Below the pieces are notes generated by a model that saw only the letters and a list, made by a program, of their open reading frames with translations, had not been told where the DNA came from and did no database searches. A program made the translations under genes and the position numbers. Of a stretch of 19,865 bases of DNA, positions 1 to 7,693 are shown piece after piece. Origin of the DNA: a virus; UHGV virus genome UHGV-1448388; one strand, written 5' to 3'. The stretch's first letter is position 1; the number at the start of each line of letters is the position of its first letter.

Positions 1-719
1 ATGACATTGTCATATACAAACGTTTTATCCTGCGTCCAGGCGTTGTACCACGGTGTATCTGTAATTTTAAATAACTCTCCCTGGATAAAATCTTCAGAAA
101 CATAAAAAAGAGGCTGACCCGGTATTCTCTCAAATAAAAAACGAGCATTTTTAAATCGACTGACATCTGGAAGAGTTGATACTTTAAAAGTAAGCCCTCG
201 CCCATCTATCTTTTCACCACCTGTTGCAACAGAAAGTAATTCTGATAGAGCTGATGTATCATCATGAACACCATCACCAATAGCCCCCCAACCTCTTACA
301 TCATAACTGTCTCTCCATCTTGCTATCTGAAGTTTTGGGTATTTATTCGCTCCATCTGTGTCTTCTAATTGCTGCCGTAACTGATCAGGATCATACTTCA
401 GCACATTAGGAAAATAGAACTGCTGCGCACCATACGCATCATAAACAGCCATAGAATGGCCTTGCACGGTAACGAATTTGGCAATCTGTCCGTTATATAC
501 CGGATATCCAGCAGCGTTAATGATTATTGGTTGCGAAACAGGAACGTGAGAACCGTCTTCATTCTCCACATAGACCTGAATCTGGTTTTCTGTATTTACA
601 GGATCAGTGTCAATTTTACCGATATAAATTTTGCCATTGGCTACGGCTTTAAAAGAACGCGCCATAGTGAAGAGTTGCGAAGGCATCGATACGATCACAT
701 TGGCTGTAATGTCTGTCAT
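1..719 (-). CDS. Tailspike protein, N-terminal 239 codons (P22 gp9-type head-binding domain plus the start of a beta-helix receptor-binding domain); 3' end lies beyond the window
   Basis: Reverse-complement translation from ATG at 719..717 gives [11 protein letters not shown]...[19 protein letters not shown]...[15 protein letters not shown]...NVLKYDPDQ, which matches the P22-family tailspike head-binding domain as I recall it. Downstream residues carry a [15 protein letters not shown] motif typical of pectate-lyase-like beta-helix domains. GGAG Shine-Dalgarno 9 nt upstream. The ORF track missed it because it is truncated by the window edge. Confidence 0.85.
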   Translation of the reverse strand, partial: MTDITANVIVSMPSQLFTMARSFKAVANGKIYIGKIDTDPVNTENQIQVYVENEDGSHVPVSQPIIINAAGYPVYNGQIAKFVTVQGHSMAVYDAYGAQQFYFPNVLKYDPDQLRQQLEDTDGANKYPKLQIARWRDSYDVRGWGAIGDGVHDDTSALSELLSVATGGEKIDGRGLTFKVSTLPDVSRFKNARFLFERIPGQPLFYVSEDFIQGELFKITDTPWYNAWTQDKTFVYDNV

Positions 720-775
720 TTAATTTGCTCCAGATACAAGGAATCGCCGAAGCATGGCTACGGTGAATTTTGGGC

Positions 776-801
776 ATAAAAAAACCCAGCCGAAGCTGGG
801 T
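776..801 (-). terminator. Rho-independent terminator between ant and the tailspike gene
   Basis: Minus strand reads a CCCAGC-TTCG-GCTGGG hairpin (plus 785-800) followed directly by a run of 7-8 T (plus A-run 777-784), 19 nt downstream of the ant stop codon. Confidence 0.55.
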
Positions 802-819
802 CGTTGCGTTGGTTATCTA

Positions 820-1743
820 TCAGTAGTTATGTACTGAAGGAGGTAATTCTTTATTCTTAAGTCTCATCCATGCGGAAAGATTCGTTGGTCCGTCTGGCTC
901 ATTAATATCAACATCTCGTGTATGGTTGATTAAAACATCTCTCGCCATTCCGATAACATACGAGAATTCATGACCGTAGTCGTAGCATCTGCCGGAATAG
1001 TTCGATTGAATTTGTTTTAGCGCCTGATACAGTTCGCGGAATAATGCCTGTGAGCGGTTGGCATAATCCCATAGCCATACAAGGCTGTTTACTTCTTTTG
1101 CAGAAAGCTCGTTGGTTTTCTTCTCTTGTTTGCCAATGAACTCACCTTCAAGTGGAACTCGAGCTGCAAGTGATAGTGCTTCGGTAAACTGCTCCTCACT
1201 GATTTCTTTGTACGAACATCCAAAATGGGATTTCAGTGACGACCACATGGTGATCATCGCCTTAGCCTGTTTTTCTTTTGGCAGAGACTGACCGCGACTC
1301 ATGACGAGTTGTTTAATGGCTTCCTGCTGTTCAGTGGTGATTTTACCCTGCAACGCCTTTTTAGCTTTGCGTGGGTTAACTACATGGCCTTTAGTCCAGT
1401 ACTCGTAGAGCACATCGTCACACTCTTCCTGATACTGGATTACCTTGTCGCGGATTTCAGGGCGGACTTTGTTAGGACTGATGCTGTTCAACCAAGCTGC
1501 CAATTTTCGTAAAGCCATACAAATCATGGCTTGCACCCCACCGGCAGAAGGTATGGTGATTTCCACCATACCATTCGAGAATCGTTGAGAAATCTTCTTA
1601 TGTTGAGATTTCCAGTCTAGCCCCATTCCCTCAACGATAGGTTTCATTGGGGTATACGGTTCGCCGTTGTGATTGACAACATAAAGCTCTGCGCCGTGGA
1701 ATGGTACATTGATAGTAGATACTGCTGTTGCTATACTTTTCAT
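820..1743 (-). CDS. ant: Antirepressor Ant (AntA/AntB-type N-terminal domain)
   Basis: 307-aa ORF. N-terminal motif HNGEPYTPMKPIVEGMGLDWKSQ...IQYQEECDDVLYEYWTKG is characteristic of the phage antirepressor family. Position downstream of arc and upstream of the tailspike matches the P22 immI layout. AGGAA Shine-Dalgarno upstream. Confidence 0.7.
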   Translation of the reverse strand: MKSIATAVSTINVPFHGAELYVVNHNGEPYTPMKPIVEGMGLDWKSQHKKISQRFSNGMVEITIPSAGGVQAMICMALRKLAAWLNSISPNKVRPEIRDKVIQYQEECDDVLYEYWTKGHVVNPRKAKKALQGKITTEQQEAIKQLVMSRGQSLPKEKQAKAMITMWSSLKSHFGCSYKEISEEQFTEALSLAARVPLEGEFIGKQEKKTNELSAKEVNSLVWLWDYANRSQALFRELYQALKQIQSNYSGRCYDYGHEFSYVIGMARDVLINHTRDVDINEPDGPTNLSAWMRLKNKELPPSVHNY

Positions 1744-1806
1744 GTCGTTAATTCCTATGCGTGGTTTTACGATACCGAAGCCCTGACTGTTCCCGCAGTT
1801 GGGGCT

Positions 1807-2010
1807 TCAACTTTCTGCTCTATCAGTTATATCTTTCCCTTCGTATACTTCACCTATATTGCTAATGCTGGCAGAACATCCAAGATGCTTGTATCTTATG
1901 ATGTCCAACACGCAGTCACTACACAGCATCCGACCTGTTTCTTTAGAGTAAATGTATGTTTGATCAGCGTCTGATTCGCTAATGCCGCAGAAACAACATT
2001 CTTTACTCAT
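1807..2010 (-). CDS. Small Cys4 zinc-ribbon-like protein (67 aa), hypothetical
   Basis: ORF with CxxC (C5, C8) and CxxC (C30, C33) pairs. Strong GAGGGGG Shine-Dalgarno about 7 nt upstream. Its ATG overlaps the arc stop codon (ATGA), implying translational coupling. Confidence 0.45.
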   Translation of the reverse strand: MSKECCFCGISESDADQTYIYSKETGRMLCSDCVLDIIRYKHLGCSASISNIGEVYEGKDITDRAES

Positions 2011-2147
2011 ACCATCACCCCCTCTCTCTTCAAGCTGTCCAGCACCCGTTTAATTACTTCTGCGCTAAACGATCGACACTCTTCCTTTGCTTTCTCTTCA
2101 AGGATTTTTTCTAACTTCTCTGGCATACGCAGTGTTTTTACCTTCAT
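2007..2147 (-). CDS. arc: Arc-like ribbon-helix-helix repressor (46 aa from the internal ATG)
   Basis: MKVKTLRMPEKLEKILEEKAKEECRSFSAEVIKRVLDSLKREG has the beta-strand plus two-helix RHH layout and a size similar to P22 Arc. GGAGGA Shine-Dalgarno 5-6 nt upstream of the ATG at 2147. The longer 68-aa ORF-track version would run through the promoter region. Confidence 0.6.
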   Translation of the reverse strand: MKVKTLRMPEKLEKILEEKAKEECRSFSAEVIKRVLDSLKREGVMV

Positions 2148-2252
2148 TGCATCCTCCGCTGTATGTGGTACGCATACATAGTATTTAGGTACGCATTGAT
2201 AGTCAATAGACACCTACATATCCTGTGGTAAAAAATTATTCAGGGTGTGCCG
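2148..2252. promoter_or_regulatory. Divergent immI-type promoter/operator region (candidate back-to-back sigma70 promoters with repeat elements)
   Basis: Plus-strand candidate: -35 TTGATA (2196-2201), 17-bp spacer, -10 TATCCT (2219-2224). Minus-strand candidate: -35 TTGACT (plus 2201-2206), 17-bp spacer, -10 TACTAT (plus 2178-2183). The two -35 hexamers lie within the palindrome ATTGA-tag-TCAAT (2195-2207). Direct repeats GGTACGCAT at 2167-2175 and 2188-2196 (21 bp apart), and TGTGGTA at 2164-2170 and 2224-2230. Confidence 0.45.
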
Positions 2253-2510
2253 ATGTCTGATCGTAAGTACAAAAACCCTCAAGTGAATCTGAGGCTTCCT
2301 GTAGAGATAAAGGAACGTCTTATTGAACTGGCTGAGGCTAATTCTCGTTCATTAAATGCTGAGATGGTCGCTGCACTTGAAGCATGGACCGAAAAAAATA
2401 AACACATTCAAGCACTAGACCTTGCAACTATAGCATCACGATTGATAGATCTTGAACATGATGTTGAGAAGTTGAAATGCATGTATGGCAACAATAAAGA
2501 CGAAAGTTAG
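2253..2510 (+). CDS. Ribbon-helix-helix DNA-binding protein (Mnt/Arc family paralogue, 85 aa)
   Basis: ATG at 2253; the ORF-track start is a GTG two codons upstream. NPQVNLRLPVEIKERLIELAEANSRSLNAEMVAALEAW fits the RHH beta-strand/helix/helix pattern. AGGGTG Shine-Dalgarno-like sequence upstream. Confidence 0.6.
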   Translation: MSDRKYKNPQVNLRLPVEIKERLIELAEANSRSLNAEMVAALEAWTEKNKHIQALDLATIASRLIDLEHDVEKLKCMYGNNKDES

Positions 2511-2533
2511 AGATACTAACTTGGAGTGATGGC

Positions 2534-2782
2534 ATGGCTAGAGATGATCCGCACTTTAACTTCCGTATGCCTTTGGAAGTAAGAGAAAAATTGAAATTAA
2601 GAGCCGAGGCTAACGGAAGGTCAATGAACTCTGAGTTATTACAAATCGTTCAGGATGCGCTATCAAAACCATCACCGATTGCAGGTTACCGTGACGAAGC
2701 AGAACGTATGGCTGATCAGCAAGCAGAAATTGTTAAGAAGATGGTGTTTGAAACCCTGAAAAAAATGTACGAGACCAGATAG
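2534..2782 (+). CDS. mnt: Mnt repressor (ribbon-helix-helix)
   Basis: 82-aa product MARDDPHFNFRMPLEVREKLKLRAEANGRSMNSELLQIVQDALSKPSP... closely matches P22 Mnt as I recall it. GGAG Shine-Dalgarno 7 nt upstream. Transcribed opposite to arc-ant, as in P22 immI. Confidence 0.85.
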   Translation: MARDDPHFNFRMPLEVREKLKLRAEANGRSMNSELLQIVQDALSKPSPIAGYRDEAERMADQQAEIVKKMVFETLKKMYETR

Positions 2783-2824
2783 GTCAATGTTTGTTCGTTG
2801 ATATAAAATAACAAGGTATACATT

Positions 2825-3424
2825 GTGATTGAGATAGGCGTTATGGCCATCCTGAATCAAGAGCCAGGAAAAATTGAAAACGTTTTTTCTGACATATCAA
2901 CATCTATCGAGCGTTCAATTTCAGACTTTGATCGCAGTCATAGCGGCTCTTTGTCTAAAAAACAGGCTTCTGAAGCTCTTAGCAAGATCTACTGCGTTAT
3001 GTCACCTGTAGAGGAAGTTTGCAAAAAGTACATTACATTCATTGACATATTAAGTAATGGTACAGAAGAAGATATTTCCTCACTTAATATTCAACATGAC
3101 GATGTAGATATGTTGAACGATCAGATATCTAAGCTTGATTATGGTATCGCGAAACTGTTGTATACCTTCTTCATCGCTGAGAACAGCGATGCGTGGAAGC
3201 CCCATATGTCAACTCTTACAACAATGAAAAACCACTCAATCAATACTTTTATAGAATACAAAAGGCTAACAATGGGGCTTGTGACGCTAGCAATGCAGCA
3301 CATACCACTATCATATGCTGAACCTGAAGAGTTCACTGAAGAAGAGTTGGCTTCCTTCAAGAAATCAGTTGAAGATTCACATAAAAGATTTGGCATGGAA
3401 GCACCAAAATGGAAAACCGCATAA
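2825..3424 (+). CDS. Hypothetical acidic protein (199 aa; possibly 193 aa from ATG 2843), first gene of an AT-rich accessory cassette
   Basis: Intact ORF in AT-rich DNA. Start is GTG at 2825 (AAGG 8 nt upstream) or ATG at 2843. The 3' end overlaps the next gene by 16 nt. Acidic composition; no family I recognise. Confidence 0.5.
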   Translation: MIEIGVMAILNQEPGKIENVFSDISTSIERSISDFDRSHSGSLSKKQASEALSKIYCVMSPVEEVCKKYITFIDILSNGTEEDISSLNIQHDDVDMLNDQISKLDYGIAKLLYTFFIAENSDAWKPHMSTLTTMKNHSINTFIEYKRLTMGLVTLAMQHIPLSYAEPEEFTEEELASFKKSVEDSHKRFGMEAPKWKTA

Positions 3425-3828
3425 GCATTGTTGTAGATGCAGCGGCTGGACCATTAGAACAATACTTTGCGAAGGCTCTTGCAAACTACAAAAACAGAGG
3501 CACCGTTTCAGCTTATCTTGGTAAGATTGGTGGGTTTGAGAGAAACCATCACGCCGTCTTATCGGGAATTTACAAGTCGCACATCAGGATCCCTGGAGTA
3601 GATGATCCTTGGTTAAGAACAACGCCAATACATCGTAGAGTTAGCGATAACTTTTTGATATTTGCGGTACACAACACATATCCAATTCATATCCAGATCA
3701 TTGCTATCATTAAACCTGATGGTCATGAGAAGGTAAAAAAACTATTGCCAGCCATCATTGATATAACTGAAAAAAGATTCCAATCTCTAAATGAGAGGGA
3801 GCTTAACTCGTTGATTTCATACAAATAA
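3409..3828 (+). CDS. YafO-family toxin-like protein (139 aa)
   Basis: Motifs ANYKNRG, FERNHHAVL and NFLIFAVHN...IHIQIIAIIKPDGHEK...EKRF align with E. coli YafO (FISYKRDG, FERVAHIHL, AHLVYCQG...AWLLIAILKPEPHK...AEAFRMRF) as I recall it. Basic protein whose start overlaps the upstream acidic ORF. Confidence 0.55.
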   Translation: MENRISIVVDAAAGPLEQYFAKALANYKNRGTVSAYLGKIGGFERNHHAVLSGIYKSHIRIPGVDDPWLRTTPIHRRVSDNFLIFAVHNTYPIHIQIIAIIKPDGHEKVKKLLPAIIDITEKRFQSLNERELNSLISYK

Positions 3829-3850
3829 AATATCAACTAAGGGGGTTGGT

Positions 3851-4174
3851 GTGTATACAACAGTTATCGCGATAGCTATCGCACTCATTGTGGTTCAGTA
3901 CCAACTGGCATCTTTAAAACAAAAGATATCTGACCTCAAGACTGAGAACGAAGCACTTAAAAACTCAATAAAAGATGAGAAGAACAAACTATCATTCACT
4001 ATATCTGATATTGAGCAATCCATTGAAATTATTGAGAATAATATTAACAGATTAAAAAAAGAAGATATTCATGAAATCAATGACAATATCAAGGATTTGA
4101 AATCTTGGCTTAGGAATGTAGGACAAATCGCCACATCAACACGAGATAAGCTCAATACATCCATGGATGATTAA
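3851..4174 (+). CDS. Small membrane-anchored coiled-coil protein (107 aa), hypothetical
   Basis: GTG start with strong AAGGGGG Shine-Dalgarno 5 nt upstream. N-terminal hydrophobic helix YTTVIAIAIALIVVQYQLA, followed by a K/E-rich heptad-like coiled-coil. Very AT-rich. Its stop codon abuts the gp16 stop codon. Confidence 0.5.
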   Translation: MYTTVIAIAIALIVVQYQLASLKQKISDLKTENEALKNSIKDEKNKLSFTISDIEQSIEIIENNINRLKKEDIHEINDNIKDLKSWLRNVGQIATSTRDKLNTSMDD

Positions 4175-6334
4175 TTACTCCTGTGCCATTCCGCTTAGCG
4201 ACGCTACAATGCCAGCCCTCGCTAAGCGATTGAACTCTTCGTTTCCAACTGCATCGCGTATTGCTTTTACGGCGGCTTTATTTGCCATAAATCTGCGTTC
4301 CGCCGCCGCTAATGCTTCTTTACTTCCGCCAGCTCTTACTGCTTTCGTGGCTTCCTGAACTGCTTTCTCTATCGCATACCGACCACTACGTGTGGTGGCA
4401 ATTTTAGATACAGCACCTTTTAGCCCGGCGCCAACTAAAGCACCTGCGGCAGCGCCTGCAATGCCCCCTCCTGCTCCACCAACAATGGCACCTGATGTTG
4501 AATTGGCAATTGCATTTAACACTGTTGATGTGACGTTGGATAAACCGGCATCCAGATCGCGTAGTACATTGGCAGTTCTCCCTGTTCTTTCAATATACTG
4601 CTGAGGTTTCACTGCTGCTCTTGCAAGAGTGCCATATGCATCTGCAATTCTTCCAAGCTCTGAGGAATATCGGCTAATGGCTTTTACATTTTGTGGAGTG
4701 AGTATCTCTGCGATATGGTTAATTCCTGCTGCATCAGCTTTACCACCACGTACACCATGCGAGATAGCATCTTGCAACATTGATGATATAGCAGGAACAC
4801 GCTCTGATTCTGGCAGCGCGCGGATCATAGAATGGAATCCAGCAGGACCATTAAGACCTTTAGCTGACGATGATTGAAGGGATTTTACTCCATTCGTAAT
4901 CAGTGCATCTGTTGCCAAATCACGCCCGAAAACAGACTCTGCACTCTCTTGTGCTGATAACCTCGCTTTAGACAGATCATTAGCTTTTTGCCAGTCATCA
5001 AGAAATCCGCCGTTTTCCGCCATTGTGCGCATATCATCAGTAATTGCCCGGCGTATTTCCCCTGCTCTCCTTGCCGCATTTGCCTCTCCGCTACGCTTAT
5101 ATTTTTGCTCCGCATCAGCAAATTTCGCTCTCCATGCTTTCATGCCGTCAAATGTTACTCCACCTTGATTGTTTGCCTGAACAAACTGTTTCATTTCAGG
5201 AGTAAGCGGTATGCCGGCAGATCGCTCTGCCTGAATAACGGCATTACCATTTAGCATTCTTGCTTTTTGATTTGGCATTGTTGACCGCACGTCATCCCAT
5301 GCCGCGCGCTCGGCATCCTTCATCTGATCAAGATTTTGAAGAATCCTTTGTTTTATAGCCGCACTTTTTTCTGATGCCGTTCCAGATGCGGCCCCAAATT
5401 CATCAAGGTTTCGACTTAACTTTGATGATATTTCGTTAAATGCTGCCTGATGGGCGTCCTGAACAATTCCTGGTGTTGATGCCAATGCGCCTTCGGCTTG
5501 TGCAATTCCACGACTTCCAGATCGCATTCCTGGTGTTAATGCGTTTATATCAATTCCAGCAGACTCAGCCGCTTTTGCTACATCTTCGGACACATTAGCG
5601 GCCTGACTGGCAATTGACTGACGCCCAGCACCTGACTTTGCCATCCTAGAAACATCATTAGCAGAATTCAGTGCTGCACCACCAAGAGCCTGTGAAACCC
5701 TTGGCGCAATAACGCGCCCGACACCTGAAAGAACGCCTTGAGCACCAATATTGATACCACCGTTAATGGCAGCATTTTGTGCAAAGTCGCCCTCCTGATT
5801 TGCAGCATCAGCAAGAGAACCTGCAATCATGTTTCCGGCGGAACCGATATCTCCAGCGAGCTTTGCTGTCGCTCCAGCAGCTTTTGCCGCTGTGCCAATT
5901 GGCAGGAGATACCCACCAATTGTTTCACCGGCTTGCGCGTAAGGGTCTGTCGGTCGCTCGGCAGGGCGATAAACATCATCCAAAACCTTGGGGCCGCCAA
6001 GCCCCTGGCTGATTGCATTAATCAGACTTGCGCCACCCTGCAATACGTCAAATGGTATGTTTACCAGACCACGACCAGCCTGTTCTGCAATTTGCCCTGC
6101 ACTTTGACCACCTGTGAGCCAATCACCAGCTTGTTGCATCAATGATGGTTCTTCTTTCTGCTGCTGAGGCGGAGGGTATGCTGCATAAAACTGATCTCTT
6201 GCTTCAGCCCATTTGTCACCAGCCTTAGGGGCAACAACCTCATCAAAATATTGCGCTTGAGCCTGTGCTTTCTGTTCTTCAGTTAACGCCTGATACTGTG
6301 GAGAAGCGATAACATCTTTCCATGCTTTAGCCAT
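4175..6334 (-). CDS. DNA ejection (injection) protein, P22 gp16-like
   Basis: 719-aa ORF in the gp16 position after gp20. Ala/Gly-rich with low-complexity segments. Start overlaps the gp20 stop (TAATG). Confidence 0.7.
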   Translation of the reverse strand: MAKAWKDVIASPQYQALTEEQKAQAQAQYFDEVVAPKAGDKWAEARDQFYAAYPPPQQQKEEPSLMQQAGDWLTGGQSAGQIAEQAGRGLVNIPFDVLQGGASLINAISQGLGGPKVLDDVYRPAERPTDPYAQAGETIGGYLLPIGTAAKAAGATAKLAGDIGSAGNMIAGSLADAANQEGDFAQNAAINGGINIGAQGVLSGVGRVIAPRVSQALGGAALNSANDVSRMAKSGAGRQSIASQAANVSEDVAKAAESAGIDINALTPGMRSGSRGIAQAEGALASTPGIVQDAHQAAFNEISSKLSRNLDEFGAASGTASEKSAAIKQRILQNLDQMKDAERAAWDDVRSTMPNQKARMLNGNAVIQAERSAGIPLTPEMKQFVQANNQGGVTFDGMKAWRAKFADAEQKYKRSGEANAARRAGEIRRAITDDMRTMAENGGFLDDWQKANDLSKARLSAQESAESVFGRDLATDALITNGVKSLQSSSAKGLNGPAGFHSMIRALPESERVPAISSMLQDAISHGVRGGKADAAGINHIAEILTPQNVKAISRYSSELGRIADAYGTLARAAVKPQQYIERTGRTANVLRDLDAGLSNVTSTVLNAIANSTSGAIVGGAGGGIAGAAAGALVGAGLKGAVSKIATTRSGRYAIEKAVQEATKAVRAGGSKEALAAAERRFMANKAAVKAIRDAVGNEEFNRLARAGIVASLSGMAQE

Positions 6335-7683
6335 TAATCACCCCATAAAGACGAGAAACCGGACTTATTGCTGTCGCTTCCTGATTTTCGCTCACTAACA
6401 TATGTGTCATAACCTGATGAACTATATCCCATTGATTCAGCCTCCCTTGCTGCAACCTTTTGAAATACAGAATATTGCGATCGGATTTCAGATAACTGTT
6501 TTCTGACGACCTCTTCAGGCTGTGTTATATCGAGTTTCGCGATCAGGTTTTCCAGTTTTTGGCCTTCAGCATTGGAGAGGCTCCCCATACCTCGCATAAT
6601 CTGCACGTTCTGGACAAACGCACCCGACTTTAATTCTTCTATCGCATTACGGTTTGCAAGCCCTTCAGCACTTGTGAAGCCATCTATATTTCTTCCTTCG
6701 AAGCGACCGATACCTTCAAGCTCCTTCTTACCAAGCAAAGAATCTATTTTCTCTATCCCTCGCTCACCAGTAATCAACGCATTGTTGTAATTATTGTTGC
6801 CATCAAGCCATCTCTTAGCCTGAGACATTCTGGCTGACGTTGCAGCTTTACCGGTTAGAGGATCAATTCCCGTCGCTGCTATCTGTGAGTTAAGAGACAA
6901 AACATCCATATCCTGAAGTTGTCCTGCTCTTTCAAGGGCCGCCTGTGACTGCTTAAACACATACTTGTCGTGATTCAGTCTTGCCATTTGAGCCTTATAG
7001 GAAAGATCCTGCCCCCTAATAGCCCTCGCATTCGTCATGTCATTATTGCGAATGGTTTCGTTAATTCTTTGCTGCTCCTGCTGGCGACCAACCATCTTGT
7101 CCTGAACAGCAAACGCCTTTTCTGGTCCAAGCGCACCGAGAGACATAGTAGTCAGCATGTGTGATAGCTGCTCTGGATTCTGGATACCTGTCTGAATCAT
7201 CCAATCAGCATTCGCCCCCACGCGATTTAACCTGTCCTTGTTGTCAGTAATGAATTTACTGTAGGCTTCCGGTCCCTGAGAAAGAGCGACGTTAGCCCTC
7301 ATGGCTAAATCGCCCATATCGTTGCGTTGCTGCTCATTAAGACCGGAAAATGCCTGTTGTGCCTGCGCAACAAACGCTGGATTTTCCTTGGCAAACTTAA
7401 ATAGTCCCGATGGATCACCAGAAGCCCATGCATCAGCATGAACCTTATTGAACGCATTAATCGCTTTCTGTTGCTGGTCCTGCTTATAAATATCAGCAAC
7501 TCCAGCCAGACCACGTAACGCGGTCAGACCAACGTTATTTGCACCTGATTGAGCCAGTTCATTGTTTTCGCGGATCAGACCAAGCGTTGCGTTAATGTCG
7601 CTTGCCTTTGGCGCATTCTCATTTTGCGCACCAATTCCAGCCAGAAAACCACCAGAATTAATACCCTGTTGCCACGTAGCCAT
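6334..7683 (-). CDS. DNA ejection protein, P22 gp20-like
   Basis: 449-aa ORF; position and size agree with P22 gp20 between gp7 and gp16. Confidence 0.7.
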   Translation of the reverse strand: MATWQQGINSGGFLAGIGAQNENAPKASDINATLGLIRENNELAQSGANNVGLTALRGLAGVADIYKQDQQQKAINAFNKVHADAWASGDPSGLFKFAKENPAFVAQAQQAFSGLNEQQRNDMGDLAMRANVALSQGPEAYSKFITDNKDRLNRVGANADWMIQTGIQNPEQLSHMLTTMSLGALGPEKAFAVQDKMVGRQQEQQRINETIRNNDMTNARAIRGQDLSYKAQMARLNHDKYVFKQSQAALERAGQLQDMDVLSLNSQIAATGIDPLTGKAATSARMSQAKRWLDGNNNYNNALITGERGIEKIDSLLGKKELEGIGRFEGRNIDGFTSAEGLANRNAIEELKSGAFVQNVQIMRGMGSLSNAEGQKLENLIAKLDITQPEEVVRKQLSEIRSQYSVFQKVAAREAESMGYSSSGYDTYVSERKSGSDSNKSGFSSLWGD

Positions 7684-7693
7684 TGATTACCCC

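Noticed and set aside
456-779. 107-aa plus-strand ORF
   Set aside because: It lies antisense within the tailspike head-binding domain coding sequence and across the terminator, so it is a shadow ORF of a well-supported gene.
2007-2213. 68-aa version of the arc-like ORF starting at 2213
   Set aside because: The N-terminal extension would run through the divergent promoter/operator region. The internal ATG at 2147 has a GGAGGA ribosome-binding site and gives an Arc-sized RHH protein.
2672-2860. 62-aa minus-strand ORF
   Set aside because: Antisense overlap with the mnt 3' end and the start of the cassette; no ribosome-binding site; likely spurious.
3315-3524. 69-aa plus-strand ORF in a third frame across the 199-aa / YafO-like junction
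   Set aside because: Fully overlapped by two better-supported ORFs in other frames; composition-driven.
4167-4877. Plus-strand ORFs (63, 70 and 82 aa) inside gp16
   Set aside because: Antisense shadow frames in GC-rich coding DNA of the ejection protein gene.
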